From NCBI GenBank assembly GCA_963768425.1, contig CAVYHV010000009.1, positions 160,001-224,000 on the forward strand: a DNA stretch of 64,000 nucleotides. The letters run 5' to 3'. Every line of letters starts with the position of its first letter. Within the stretch, counting starts at the first letter, position 1. The position numbers were made by a program, and so were the translations under genes. Below are positions 10,201-18,893 of this stretch, piece after piece. This DNA comes from Candidatus Bathyarchaeota archaeon. GTDB lineage: Archaea > Thermoproteota > Bathyarchaeia > Bathyarchaeales > Bathycorpusculaceae. The notes beneath the pieces are model-generated. The model searched no databases. It saw only the letters and a list, made by a program, of their open reading frames with translations, and was not told where the DNA came from.

Positions 10201-11031
10201 GCTACGGGAGAGCAATTCAATCTAACAGATGCTTCAGGTCTTACTTCGCCAATAGCTGCTTCAGGCACAGACACAGCCACTTACCAGCTACAGTATCAGG
10301 TGACTTTCAATCAGACTGGAATAAATAGTGACGCTGGCAGCAACCCCGTTCTCACGTTGGGAGGAGTAACCTATACTTGGCTTACTTTACCCGGCAACTA
10401 TTGGGTCAATAATGGAACCACTTTCACTTGGGCATCACCCGTTGCAGGCAATACAGGGGAACAATTCAGTTTCACAGCTGCCTCAAGTCTCACTTCACCC
10501 ATTGTCACTTCAGGTACAGATACGGCCACTTACCAAATACAGTATCTAGTGACTTTCACAGTCAGTCTTTCAGGAAGCGGCTCGACAAATCCATCTGGCG
10601 CTGTCTGGGAGAATCCCGGCTCCATCTCTATATCTGCCAGTCCCTACTCTGGGGTCTTGTTCACTTTTTGGACAACTGACAGCGGATCAATCTCGTTTGC
10701 AAATAATTATGCTACTTCTACAACGGCAACAATAAACGGACCAGGAACAATAACAGCCACATTTTCAGCAATATCAGCCACCCCAACTCCAACTGCGAAA
10801 CCTACACCCTCACCCACAGCTTCTCCAACACCCACTCCAAAAGTAACGCCATCAGCTACACCAACTGCGACCCCTACCTCTTCACCCAAGTCAGCACAGT
10901 CAAATATAGCTCTAGATGCAGGAATAGGAATAGTGGTTGCCATCGTTGTAATCGGCGTGATCGTATTCCTCTTGATGAGAAGCAGAAAAGCCAAGACCGC
11001 GGAAAATACATCAGCGACTAGCACAAAATAA
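7219..11031 (+). CDS. Cell-surface PQQ-type beta-propeller repeat protein with Ig-like stalk and C-terminal TM anchor
   Basis: Signal peptide from MMKKK; 16 repeats of WxFxTGGxVxSSPAVVGGVVYVGSxDGNVYALNAATG; FTETGL domain; PT linker; TM plus basic tail. Confidence 0.92.
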   Translation: MMKKKILIGLFIMLFFMLSFSVVMCRGDDWTMSRHDATHAGYSASNPAAGSQLWNFPTSSLVESSPVVVGGDLYVGSDDGNVYALNAATGVQLWNYLTGGQVVSTPAVVGSVVYVGSDDGNVYALNAATGAKIWDYVTGNAVASSPTVVAGVVYVSSYDRNVYALNAATGAKIWSFSIATHGFYSSPTVVGGVVYIGGSSDGSVYALNAATGVQIWSFVTGGVVYSTPTVVSGVVYVGSDDGNVYALDAATGAKDWSFTTDGPILCSLAVNSGFVYGGTGEGTVFALNAASGTMLWDILTGSAVYSSPVVSGGVVYIGSNDHNVYALNDATGVQVWSFTTGGIVSSGPAVVGGSVYVGSYDGNVYALNTATGVKQWSFTTGGLVASSPAVVGGVVYVGSNDGNVYALNAITGVKQWSFTTDGIVSSSPAVVGGLVYVGSNDHNVYALNAATGAEVWSFTTGGEVGSSPAVVGGVVYVGSYDFKIYALNAATGAELWSTSIGDTAYSSPAVVGGVVYVGSYDGDVYALNAATGAQVWSFPTGGTVGSSPAVVGGVVYVGSQDGYVYALNAATGVQLWSYFTNDYVLSSPAVVGGVVYIGSNNGDLFALNAASGTQIWFYPTGGAVESSPAVVEGAVYVGSGDGYVYALNTANGAPLWSYKTGGIVDSSPAAYNGVVYVGSNDGNVYALGALNTVTFTETGLPSGTSWHVTFNGATSSSTTNTITFTDQFQGNYTWTTPATISGGTGIQYATPTSDSSGTMNVPTQTTQTVAFTTQYQVTASYSTSDASTPSSAVILTGTALGSVSTTTLTTSTQQVWLDATSSWSVNNPITSGTQRWNAASGTSGTVTGAITIAPSYNHQYQVTFTQTGLTSRAGTVTVLTLGGVAYTWNTLPTNLWVNKGTTFSWASIVAGATGEPFNLTGSSGLASPIVASGTDAATYLTQYQVTFNQTGINSDAGSNPVLTLGGVAYTWNTLPTDLWVNSGTTFSWTSYVAGATGEQFNLTDASGLTSPIAASGTDTATYQLQYQVTFNQTGINSDAGSNPVLTLGGVTYTWLTLPGNYWVNNGTTFTWASPVAGNTGEQFSFTAASSLTSPIVTSGTDTATYQIQYLVTFTVSLSGSGSTNPSGAVWENPGSISISASPYSGVLFTFWTTDSGSISFANNYATSTTATINGPGTITATFSAISATPTPTAKPTPSPTASPTPTPKVTPSATPTATPTSSPKSAQSNIALDAGIGIVVAIVVIGVIVFLLMRSRKAKTAENTSATSTK
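7369..9283 (+). repeat. 16 coding tandem repeats of ~120 bp (propeller blades)
   Basis: Recurrent tcgtctcctgctgttgtcggcggcgt and gtttatgctttgaatgctgc. Confidence 0.95.
9796..10542 (+). repeat. Three coding repeats of 249 bp (83 aa)
   Basis: YQVTFxQTG units start at 9796, 10045 and 10294. Confidence 0.9.
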
Positions 11032-11045
11032 ATAAACTCTGCCAA

Positions 11046-11089
11046 GAGGAGGTTTCTCTCCTCCTATCTTTATTTTTTCTTATTTTTTC
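11046..11089 (+). terminator. Hairpin plus T-tract terminator between convergent genes
   Basis: GAGGAG-gtttct-CTCCTC followed by TTTATTTTTTCTTATTTTTT. Confidence 0.6.
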
Positions 11090-11182
11090 AAAAAAAGGCT
11101 CTTCTGGTTTATTCAATCTTTCTTGCGTGTGTTCCAAGCTTCTATGAACGAAGGATCTTTGATTGCTCTTTTTCTAAGTTAT

Positions 11183-12760
11183 TTACATGTGAAGAGCTGT
11201 CATTAATTTCTCGATAAAATTAAACAAGACATTTAACGGCTTACGAAGAGGACCAAGAGAGTTAACAATTTCTCGAAGATTAGTTACGTCGGTTCTATCA
11301 ATGGATCTAGTAACAAGCGCTGCAAGCATGAAAACAACTAAGAAAACCACTCCGCCGATGATTAATCTTATCACATTGGAGAACGGCAGATAGGAAATAA
11401 AGCCATACGTTGAGATAGACGCTATAGCCGACGAGGCCAAAATCTTGGCGGAAGAAACCCAATCTACGGATGCTCCGAAGTGTTTCTTTATAAAACGTAA
11501 CCCGATGAATAAGCTTGGAAGATTATCCGTTAATGTGGTAATTATCAAACCTATGACGCCGAACTTATAGATCAACACGAAGCCCATTGGAAAACCGATT
11601 GCGGCTGTGAGAATAGTTAATTTCAGGTTGAACGTCGTGTAGCCTTGACCGTTTAGCATGTTGCCCATACTTAAAGTTCCAAAAGCAGAGTAGAGATAAC
11701 CTATAGATAACGAAGCCAGAAATAACGGCGCTTGAGCATATTTATCTGCGAATATGGTGCCAATAGCAGGCTGCGCAAGAGCCATGACCATGGCTGCAAC
11801 CGGCACAACAACAAGCGCCGCATACTTTACTGAATACCGAAAAACACTCTTAAGGGGTTCTCTATCTTTCTCGGGGTCCAACTTGGAGAATGCAGGAAAC
11901 AACATGGTCGTTGCTGGAGCAGCAAAGAAAGTAATCAAAACCATGAAGAGTAAAGCTAAGTTGTAATTGCCGATTATCGCGTTGTTGATAACAAAAAATG
12001 CAAGTATGTAATTGTAGAATTGAGCTAAAAACCCTCCAAGAATAGCGCTGATAGAGACTGGTAAACCGTATTTGAACATGTACGTAGTGGTTGCCCTGAT
12101 TTCCAGTTTACTGTGGATCGGTTTATGCAGGGATTGGTACATAGTCCACATTAGAAGCATACCTGTTAACCCTGCAATTAGGCTGGCCACTGTGAAACCT
12201 GTGATGGCCCCCAGAGTTCCAAAACCTAAGGCTACGAGTGCGACTATTAGGGCAGTTTTCACTATTGATTGAATTATCAGCATGACGCTGTAGAGATGCA
12301 TTCTCTCCATGCCCGTGAAAGCAGCAATTGCTGTGTTAATCAAGGCGCCGGTCAAGATGAAAAAAGAGGCAATTTGAATCAAGGGCGCTATAGTGGGCCG
12401 GTTTAAGCTTACGGCTAAAAAGTGAGAGAGAAAAAAAGAAAGAGCGGCAAGTGATAGACCTAAAACAACCTCAAATAGTATGCCTGAAGCGAAAATGCTT
12501 TTTATTTTAGCTACGTTGTTTTCGTTGTTGTATTGTGCGGAGTATTTTACCATGGCTGAGTTGATTCCCCAGTCTCGAAATGTGGCAATCAGGGTTGGAC
12601 CAGTAAGAGCAATTGCGTATAAACCGTAGTTACTTGGACCTAAAAGTCGGGCGATGACTATTGTACCTATCGCTGAGATAACTGTAGAAGCAACTAAGCC
12701 CCACATGAGGTTAAACCCTCCTCTGGTTGAAACCCTTGCCATCTCTACAGCCTTAGTCAT
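11183..12760 (-). CDS. Oligosaccharide flippase (Wzx/MOP superfamily)
   Basis: About 14 hydrophobic segments; IARLLGPSNYGLY; LFPAFSKL. Confidence 0.9.
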   Translation of the reverse strand: MTKAVEMARVSTRGGFNLMWGLVASTVISAIGTIVIARLLGPSNYGLYAIALTGPTLIATFRDWGINSAMVKYSAQYNNENNVAKIKSIFASGILFEVVLGLSLAALSFFLSHFLAVSLNRPTIAPLIQIASFFILTGALINTAIAAFTGMERMHLYSVMLIIQSIVKTALIVALVALGFGTLGAITGFTVASLIAGLTGMLLMWTMYQSLHKPIHSKLEIRATTTYMFKYGLPVSISAILGGFLAQFYNYILAFFVINNAIIGNYNLALLFMVLITFFAAPATTMLFPAFSKLDPEKDREPLKSVFRYSVKYAALVVVPVAAMVMALAQPAIGTIFADKYAQAPLFLASLSIGYLYSAFGTLSMGNMLNGQGYTTFNLKLTILTAAIGFPMGFVLIYKFGVIGLIITTLTDNLPSLFIGLRFIKKHFGASVDWVSSAKILASSAIASISTYGFISYLPFSNVIRLIIGGVVFLVVFMLAALVTRSIDRTDVTNLREIVNSLGPLRKPLNVLFNFIEKLMTALHM

Positions 12761-12901
12761 TTTCCTGTCTCAATCGCGGTTTTTTTATTGGTAAAGTGGT
12801 TGGTGCGTTGTGTTTATCATTTTTGGTTTGCTTCGGTAAACTTATCGTTAAACTATAATTTGTTGTTATTCGCTGATGTGCTTGTTTTGGTATAAATGCG
12901 C

Positions 12902-12957
12902 GCTGGCTTATCCTAAATTCATCAACATCAAGTTTTGAATCTCGATCTTGCAACCCG
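12902..12957 (+). mobile_element. Degenerate IS left end
   Basis: GCTGGCTTATCCTAAATT plus downstream TCTCGATCTTGCAACC match 55659 GCTGGTTTATCCCTAAATT and TCTCGTATCTTGAGAACC; both preceded by GC. Confidence 0.65.
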
Positions 12958-13104
12958 CAAATAGCCTGAGCTTGATTGCTGAGGTCCAACTTGCCAGATA
13001 CGAACAGAACCTAAAAACGTTCAAAAAACATGGAATTATATTTCCACATTCTCGGCTCTTGGCTAATCTTTCTGCAGGCACTTTCTAGAAAAAAGAAAAA
13101 TAAG

Positions 13105-13170
13105 AGGGAATTTTTCTCATCTTCCATTTTTTCTTTGAGCTGTTTGGGAATTTTTGTAGAAACCGTTACA
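13105..13170 (-). pseudogene. N-terminal fragment of a ribbon-helix-helix (VapB/CopG-like) antitoxin
   Basis: Manual translation PDCVTVSTKIPKQLKEKME, then similarity ends. Confidence 0.5.
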
Positions 13171-13207
13171 CAATCAGGCCTGGTTTCTCTTCTTGATTTC
13201 TTTTGAA

Positions 13208-13225
13208 TTGAACCTGCAGGTTCAA
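13208..13225. promoter_or_regulatory. Perfect 18-bp palindrome, possible operator
   Basis: TTGAACCTGCAGGTTCAA. Confidence 0.5.
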
Positions 13226-13447
13226 AAACTGCCCTTATTTTCAGTCGAATCGGGTTTGATTTGGGCTTGGAATTGGAGAAACTGCGTGAAAACGGCGTTT
13301 AGGGGTTGAGCAAATTGAACTATTTTAATGTTAAAGCGGATCAGGTTTGAACCAAACGCATGTTGAAAAAGCGCGCAGGTCGAGGTTGCTCTTGAGGTTT
13401 GTTTTTTTTAGAAGCGGCGTCTGGAAAGCGAATTTAAGGTCTCATCA

Positions 13448-13669
13448 CTATCTCCCATAATGGCGCCTACACCCCAATTTGGAGAGGCCGCTCGCTGCCA
13501 AAAAGCTGTCGCCAGCGCCTCTGCGTTTCCAGCGGCCACTCAAGAACCCGCCGACCAACAACCGGAACCAATCTGGGAACAATATTTCGTTCCAGCGAAG
13601 CATGTTAGGCTCGTGCTTCCGCAATAGGGCGACGATGTCCTGTTCAAGCAAGTCAAGCTTATCAGCCAT
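13448..13669 (-). pseudogene. Probable truncated winged-helix protein
   Basis: MADKLDLLEQDIVALLRKHEPNMLRWNEIL looks like wHTH helices 1-2; the remainder is not protein-like. Confidence 0.4.
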
Positions 13670-13729
13670 TTAACGTCACTAATTAGTAGCTAATGATTCC
13701 TTGTTTTCCTAATAAATTCCTCTTAACGC

Positions 13730-14010
13730 CTATGTTGTATTGAATATTGTTTCTAATTCTTTTTCACAGAAGGTTATTTTGCAATGGGAAAATACATCCT
13801 TCCTACCAAACAACCGCGGCACCTCATCTGAATCAGCAAAACCAGCTTTCACGTCAAGAGCGGTATCGCCAATTTTCATTTTGAATGTATGAGACGTAAG
13901 CAGGAATAAGAATTCTGCCCATTCCTATTACAGGGTAGTATTCTCCTTCACTAAGGTTTAATCCTAAAAGCGCGGCATCGTTTCTTCTAAACAGAGAGAT
14001 GTCTGCGCCC
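13730..14010 (-). pseudogene. 5'-truncated retropepsin-like (clan AA) aspartyl protease
   Basis: Manual translation GADISLFRRNDAALLGLNLSEG...MKIGDTALDVKAGFADSDEVPRLFGRKDVFSHCKITF; catalytic D(S/T) missing; one frameshift. Confidence 0.7.
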
Positions 14011-14250
14011 AACCCAAAACACGTTTTGTGTCATAGACTATTTTTTGTTGTTTTTCTTCTGGCTAGTCGGGACTATGGCCGCTTTAGCGCCTAAAAGCAA
14101 ACATAATAGCGGACTTGTCATTCAATTTGGGAAGCCGAACAGTCAAAGTTTCATGCGGGCAAGGTTCTGAATCTACAAATGTTTGAATTGCCATGAACCT
14201 TTCATCTTTCAGAACAAGATATTAATTGGACTGCATACAAGCGTTAGTAG

Positions 14251-15048
14251 ATGCAATTGACGCTTCAAACCAAAACAAAAAGAATTAGCCAAGATATAGT
14301 TACCGTGCTAATGATCGGCCTGTTTCTAATCACTGGCTTAGTTATGCTTGTGATTTCAGCATTGAATGGCTCATCATTTCTTGCTATTCTAGGGGTTTCT
14401 GTAGCCTTTTGGAGCATGCTTCTTCTATTCTTTACTCCGACGACCCATGCTTTTACCGCGTTGTTCCAGGCTTCTGCAAGCGCCAGCGGAAGCAACATTG
14501 AACGTTCCCTTATCGAGTTCAATTCACCTGAAAAAGGTGTATATTTGCCTCCCCAAAACCTCCGAAACTTTGATTCAAGTCTCGTGTTCATACCTAAGAC
14601 CCCTCAGACAGCTCTGCCTCAATCTAATGAAACAAACGATAGATTATTCACTGAGGAAAAAACCGGCTTGCTCCTCACTCCTCCAGGACTTGCTCTTTCC
14701 GTCCTGTTTGAACATGAACTAGGCTTGTCCTTCAGAAAAATCAATCTCTCTCAAATGCAGCAAATTTTAACTAAGTTAATTCGAGACTTGAAACTCGCGG
14801 ATAATGTCCAAGTTCGAATTCAAGATAGAAATATCAGCTTAGAAATAGCCGGCAGCATATTCAATAATCTTTGCAAAGATACCGAGAACACTCAACCCCG
14901 CACCCATTCGCAAGTCGGATGTATTTTAACTAGCGCTTTCGCATGCGCATTTGCCAAGGCGTCAGATAAGCCAATAACAATCCAAAAAGACACGTTAAAC
15001 CCTGAAACTAAAGCGTTAATCATCGAATACCATATGGGCGAAGTGTAA
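14251..15048 (+). CDS. Conserved membrane protein: 2 TM plus soluble domain with V4R-like Cys pattern
   Basis: N-terminal TMs; GVYLPP, LTPPG, C..GCILTSAFAC. Confidence 0.7.
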   Translation: MQLTLQTKTKRISQDIVTVLMIGLFLITGLVMLVISALNGSSFLAILGVSVAFWSMLLLFFTPTTHAFTALFQASASASGSNIERSLIEFNSPEKGVYLPPQNLRNFDSSLVFIPKTPQTALPQSNETNDRLFTEEKTGLLLTPPGLALSVLFEHELGLSFRKINLSQMQQILTKLIRDLKLADNVQVRIQDRNISLEIAGSIFNNLCKDTENTQPRTHSQVGCILTSAFACAFAKASDKPITIQKDTLNPETKALIIEYHMGEV

Positions 15049-15050
15049 AA

Positions 15051-15257
15051 TTGATGCTTCCACCATTAACTCTTCTAGATTTAAGCATGCTCCTAGCTAT
15101 CAGTGCTACTCTTCTCCTTGTTACGGCTGAATTTGCACCTTATGTCACAGGAGAAAAGACCATGATCTCAGACACGTTGAAACTTAGAAACGTTGCGATA
15201 GTGCTTAGCGTACTATTCTTAGTAACTATCGTCATACAATTTTTGCCAAAAGCTTAA
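15051..15257 (+). CDS. Small 2-TM membrane protein
   Basis: Two hydrophobic helices; starts 2 bp after the upstream gene. Confidence 0.75.
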   Translation: MMLPPLTLLDLSMLLAISATLLLVTAEFAPYVTGEKTMISDTLKLRNVAIVLSVLFLVTIVIQFLPKA

Positions 15258-15466
15258 ACCTTCACCGCTCTTGAAATTTTTCCGAAAACTTGTCGCCTCA
15301 CAGTTCATGGCGAACAAAATTCTGATTCACTCTCCTCCAAGCATAGCGGTGTTGCCTGTTTTCGTTAAGGAATAAGATATAAAAGAGTTAAAAAACATCG
15401 GTTACGAATACCAAAGTAGGCAACTGGCACAATCTTGATCTTCAAGAAACATCTGAATGAAAAAAC

Positions 15467-18400
15467 ATGAAAAAACAAGTCATGATACTTGTCTTTCTAA
15501 TTTCTTTAGCGATCTGCGTACTAGCAAGTATGCCGGTCAAAGCTCAAACTAATGGTACCTTTGTATTCAATCCCGTTACTAGCCCCCAAACTGCTGGCGC
15601 GCCATTCACGATAACGATTACGGATGTAGTAGGTGGCGTCACAAATACTGGCTTCACTGGGGTTGCCACTTTGTCTGTTTCAACTGGAACTATTACTCCA
15701 CCTAACACTGCTGCCTTCGTAGCCGGTGTTTGGACTGGTGACGTCACTGTGACTGGTGCGGCTTCAAGCGTAACAATTACAGCGACTGGTAGCGGTGTGA
15801 CGACTGGGTCGAGTAGCTCATTTACGGTTGATCCAGGAGCTTTCACTCACTTCGGCCTTGTTGTCCCAAGTTCGGAGACGGCAGGTTCAAGCTTTGGCGG
15901 TGTCGTTGTAACGGCTTATGACGCTGACAACAACGTCAAGACTGATTATGCTGGGTCAGTTTACTTTACATCTGTGGATCCTCACCCGGCGACTCTGCCT
16001 TATACTTCGTCAAGTAAGTACACGTTTACTGCTGGTTCAGGGACTCACACATTTTCTGGTTTTACGTTGTTTACAACTCCTTCTCAGACGATCACCGTTA
16101 CTGACGGCTCAGTTTCAAACCAGAGCACTCCGATAACTGTGAATGCTGCCGCTCTGGATCATTTCATTGTCAGTGCTCCAAGCTCTGCTGTGGCTGGTTC
16201 TGATTTCACTCTTTCAGTTACGGCTAAGGATGCTTATGGGAACACGATTACAAGCTACAGTGCTTCTGTTGGTTTGAGTGCTTCTTCCGGGATCATTAGT
16301 CCTTCTAGTACAGGGACTTCTGGTTGGACCGGTGGTGTCTGGAGTAGTAGTTCGGTTACTTTGTCTGTTGTTGGCTCGATTACTATCACCGCCCAATCCG
16401 GTGCTGCGATCGGTACTGCCACTTTAACGGTGACTGCCGGCGTAGCTACTCAGTTGGTGGTTTCTGCTTTTCCAAGTACGATCACAGCTGGTGTTGCTGG
16501 TTCTGTTACGGTCACGGCGAAGGATGCGTATGGGAATACGGCGACGGGTTATGTTGGTACGGTTAAGATTACTTCGAGTGATGTCCAGGCGGTTTTGCCT
16601 GCGAATGCTGGCCTGTCGAGTGGTGTTGGCTCTTTTACTGTTACTTTGAAGACTGCTGCTACCGAGTCGATTACTGCGACTGATACGGTTTCGGGAACTA
16701 TAACTGGTAGTCAGACTGGTATCACGGTTAATCCTGGTTCGGCTTCTACTCTTGCGGTTTCTGGTTTCCCAAGTCCTGATGTGGCGGGTGTTGCTCACAG
16801 TGTAACGGTTATTGCTAAAGACGCGTATGGGAATACAGCGACGGGTTATGTTGGTACGGTTAAGATTACTTCGAGTGATGTCCAGGCGGTTTTGCCTGCG
16901 AATGCTGGTCTCCTAAGTGGTACTGACACTTTCACGGTTACTTTGAAGACTGCTGCTACCGAGTCGATTACTGCGACTGATACGGTTTCGGGAACTATAA
17001 CTGGTAGTCAGACTGGTATCACGGTTAATCCTGGTTCGGCTTCTACTCTTGCGGTTTCTGGTTTCCCAAGTCCTGCCATAGCTGGTGCTGCTGGTTCTGT
17101 TACGGTCACGGCGAAGGATGCGTATGGAAATACGGCGACGGGTTATGTTGGTACGGTTAAGATTACTTCTAGTGATGGTAAGGCGGTTTTGCCTGCTAAT
17201 TATGCGTTCAAGGCAAGTGACGCGGGTATTCATTCTTTTAGCGTTACTTTGAAGACTGCTGGTTCTCAGTCGATTACTGCCACCGATACTGTTACCAAAT
17301 CGATTACTGGTTCTCAAACTGGAATAACGGTGAATGTTGCTTCTGGCGATTACTTTGTGGTTACTGGTTTCCCAAGCCCTACCGTTGCTGGTGCAGCTCA
17401 CGCTGTTACAGTTACAGTTGTGGATCCGTATGGTAACACCGTCACTGGCTATGCTGGCACAGTTAAAATTACGTCGAGTGATGGCCAAGCTGTTTTGCCT
17501 GCCAATTCAGCGCTTTCCTCTGGCATGGGTTCTTTTAGTGTTACTTTGGCGACTGTCGGTTCTCAGTTGATTACCGCCACGGATACCGTGGATAGCGCGA
17601 TTAATGGTTCACAAACTGCAATAACTGTCAATCCCGCCGCTGCTTCAACTCTGGCGGTTTCAGGTTTCCCAAGCCCTACCATCGCTGGTGCAGCTCACAC
17701 TATCACAGTAACGGCTCTTGACGCATATAACAATACAGCTACGGGTTATGCAGGCACCGTCAAGATTACGTCGAGTGACGGCAAAGCTGTTTTGCCTGCG
17801 AATGCTGTCCTCACGAACGGTGTTGGTTCCTTTAGTGTTACTTTAGAGACTGTTGGTTCTCAGTCGATTACCGCCACAGACACCGTCACGGCTTCGATTA
17901 CTGGTTCTCAAAGCGGCATAACAGTGAGCGCCGGAGGGTTGGATCATTTTGTCTTTGACACTGTTGATGCTCAGACTACGGGTACAGTTTTCACCATAAC
18001 GGTTACGGCTAAGGATGCGTCTAACAACACGGTAACAAGCTACGTTGGTACGCCTTCTTTGACGTATTCTGCTGGGACAATTAATCCAACCGCTATGAGT
18101 GCTTTCGTGGGCGGTGTTGGATCAACTTCCGTTACCGTAGCCGCTGCTGGTTCAGGCGTAACCATTACAGCTGCAGATGGATCTATGATTGGCACAAGTA
18201 ACACGTTTACAGTAACCTTGGCGCCAACGACTCCACCAACTGCCAGTCCGACCCCAACGGCAACTCCGAAACCTAAGTCTGGAACCACTCCCACTCCTAC
18301 CCCAACGCCCCTACCTCCCCCCTCGCCAAACATTGTTCTTGCAACGAATAGCACTGGCGGAATAGTGATGCTTGGATTAAACGGAACCTTAACCAGCTAT

Positions 18401-18787
18401 CAAGTATCCAACGCAATGATCGTCTTATACGCGCCCGATAAGACAGTCACAGTGTCCTTCACAATCGATGGGTCAAACGGCACAGAAATCTTTGGCAACA
18501 TGACTATCCCAAAAACAGCGCTATATGCCGGGGCAAGCCCAGTTATTTACATTGACGGCCTACAAGCCTCACAACAGAACTACACTCAAGACGCCAACAA
18601 CTTCTACGTATGGTTCACAACAACCTTAAGTCTGCACCACGTGGCAATTCAATTCGTAGTAACTATGACGTCTACAGCAATATCGTCGGAACCGCTGTTC
18701 ATCGTTGGCGTAACCATTCCTGAAATCGTTGCAGTATTCAGCGTTATCGCCGTCAGACGTATAAGACGAGGACCAAACGACGCGTAG
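15467..18787 (+). CDS. Cell-surface Ig-like repeat protein with C-terminal TM anchor
   Basis: Signal peptide; ~100-aa repeats VTAKDAYGNTATGYVGTVKITSSD; PT linker; TM plus RRIRR. Confidence 0.9.
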   Translation: MKKQVMILVFLISLAICVLASMPVKAQTNGTFVFNPVTSPQTAGAPFTITITDVVGGVTNTGFTGVATLSVSTGTITPPNTAAFVAGVWTGDVTVTGAASSVTITATGSGVTTGSSSSFTVDPGAFTHFGLVVPSSETAGSSFGGVVVTAYDADNNVKTDYAGSVYFTSVDPHPATLPYTSSSKYTFTAGSGTHTFSGFTLFTTPSQTITVTDGSVSNQSTPITVNAAALDHFIVSAPSSAVAGSDFTLSVTAKDAYGNTITSYSASVGLSASSGIISPSSTGTSGWTGGVWSSSSVTLSVVGSITITAQSGAAIGTATLTVTAGVATQLVVSAFPSTITAGVAGSVTVTAKDAYGNTATGYVGTVKITSSDVQAVLPANAGLSSGVGSFTVTLKTAATESITATDTVSGTITGSQTGITVNPGSASTLAVSGFPSPDVAGVAHSVTVIAKDAYGNTATGYVGTVKITSSDVQAVLPANAGLLSGTDTFTVTLKTAATESITATDTVSGTITGSQTGITVNPGSASTLAVSGFPSPAIAGAAGSVTVTAKDAYGNTATGYVGTVKITSSDGKAVLPANYAFKASDAGIHSFSVTLKTAGSQSITATDTVTKSITGSQTGITVNVASGDYFVVTGFPSPTVAGAAHAVTVTVVDPYGNTVTGYAGTVKITSSDGQAVLPANSALSSGMGSFSVTLATVGSQLITATDTVDSAINGSQTAITVNPAAASTLAVSGFPSPTIAGAAHTITVTALDAYNNTATGYAGTVKITSSDGKAVLPANAVLTNGVGSFSVTLETVGSQSITATDTVTASITGSQSGITVSAGGLDHFVFDTVDAQTTGTVFTITVTAKDASNNTVTSYVGTPSLTYSAGTINPTAMSAFVGGVGSTSVTVAAAGSGVTITAADGSMIGTSNTFTVTLAPTTPPTASPTPTATPKPKSGTTPTPTPTPLPPPSPNIVLATNSTGGIVMLGLNGTLTSYQVSNAMIVLYAPDKTVTVSFTIDGSNGTEIFGNMTIPKTALYAGASPVIYIDGLQASQQNYTQDANNFYVWFTTTLSLHHVAIQFVVTMTSTAISSEPLFIVGVTIPEIVAVFSVIAVRRIRRGPNDA
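16450..17930 (+). repeat. ~300-bp coding repeats, some nearly identical
   Basis: 16540-16775 is almost identical to 16840-17075. Confidence 0.9.
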
Positions 18788-18893
18788 TTAAATCTTGAAA
18801 ATTACTAGGCTTACCAAAAAGGGTCTGAGTCCCCATTGCTTGAAATTTAGATATTTACTCTTTTTACCTAAACAGTGGGAAAGCCGGAAAAGG

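Noticed and set aside
14066-14097. Further degenerate terminal-repeat junction (TCGGGACTATGGCCGCTTTAGCGCCTAAA)
   Set aside because: Too many mismatches to support without a PWM score
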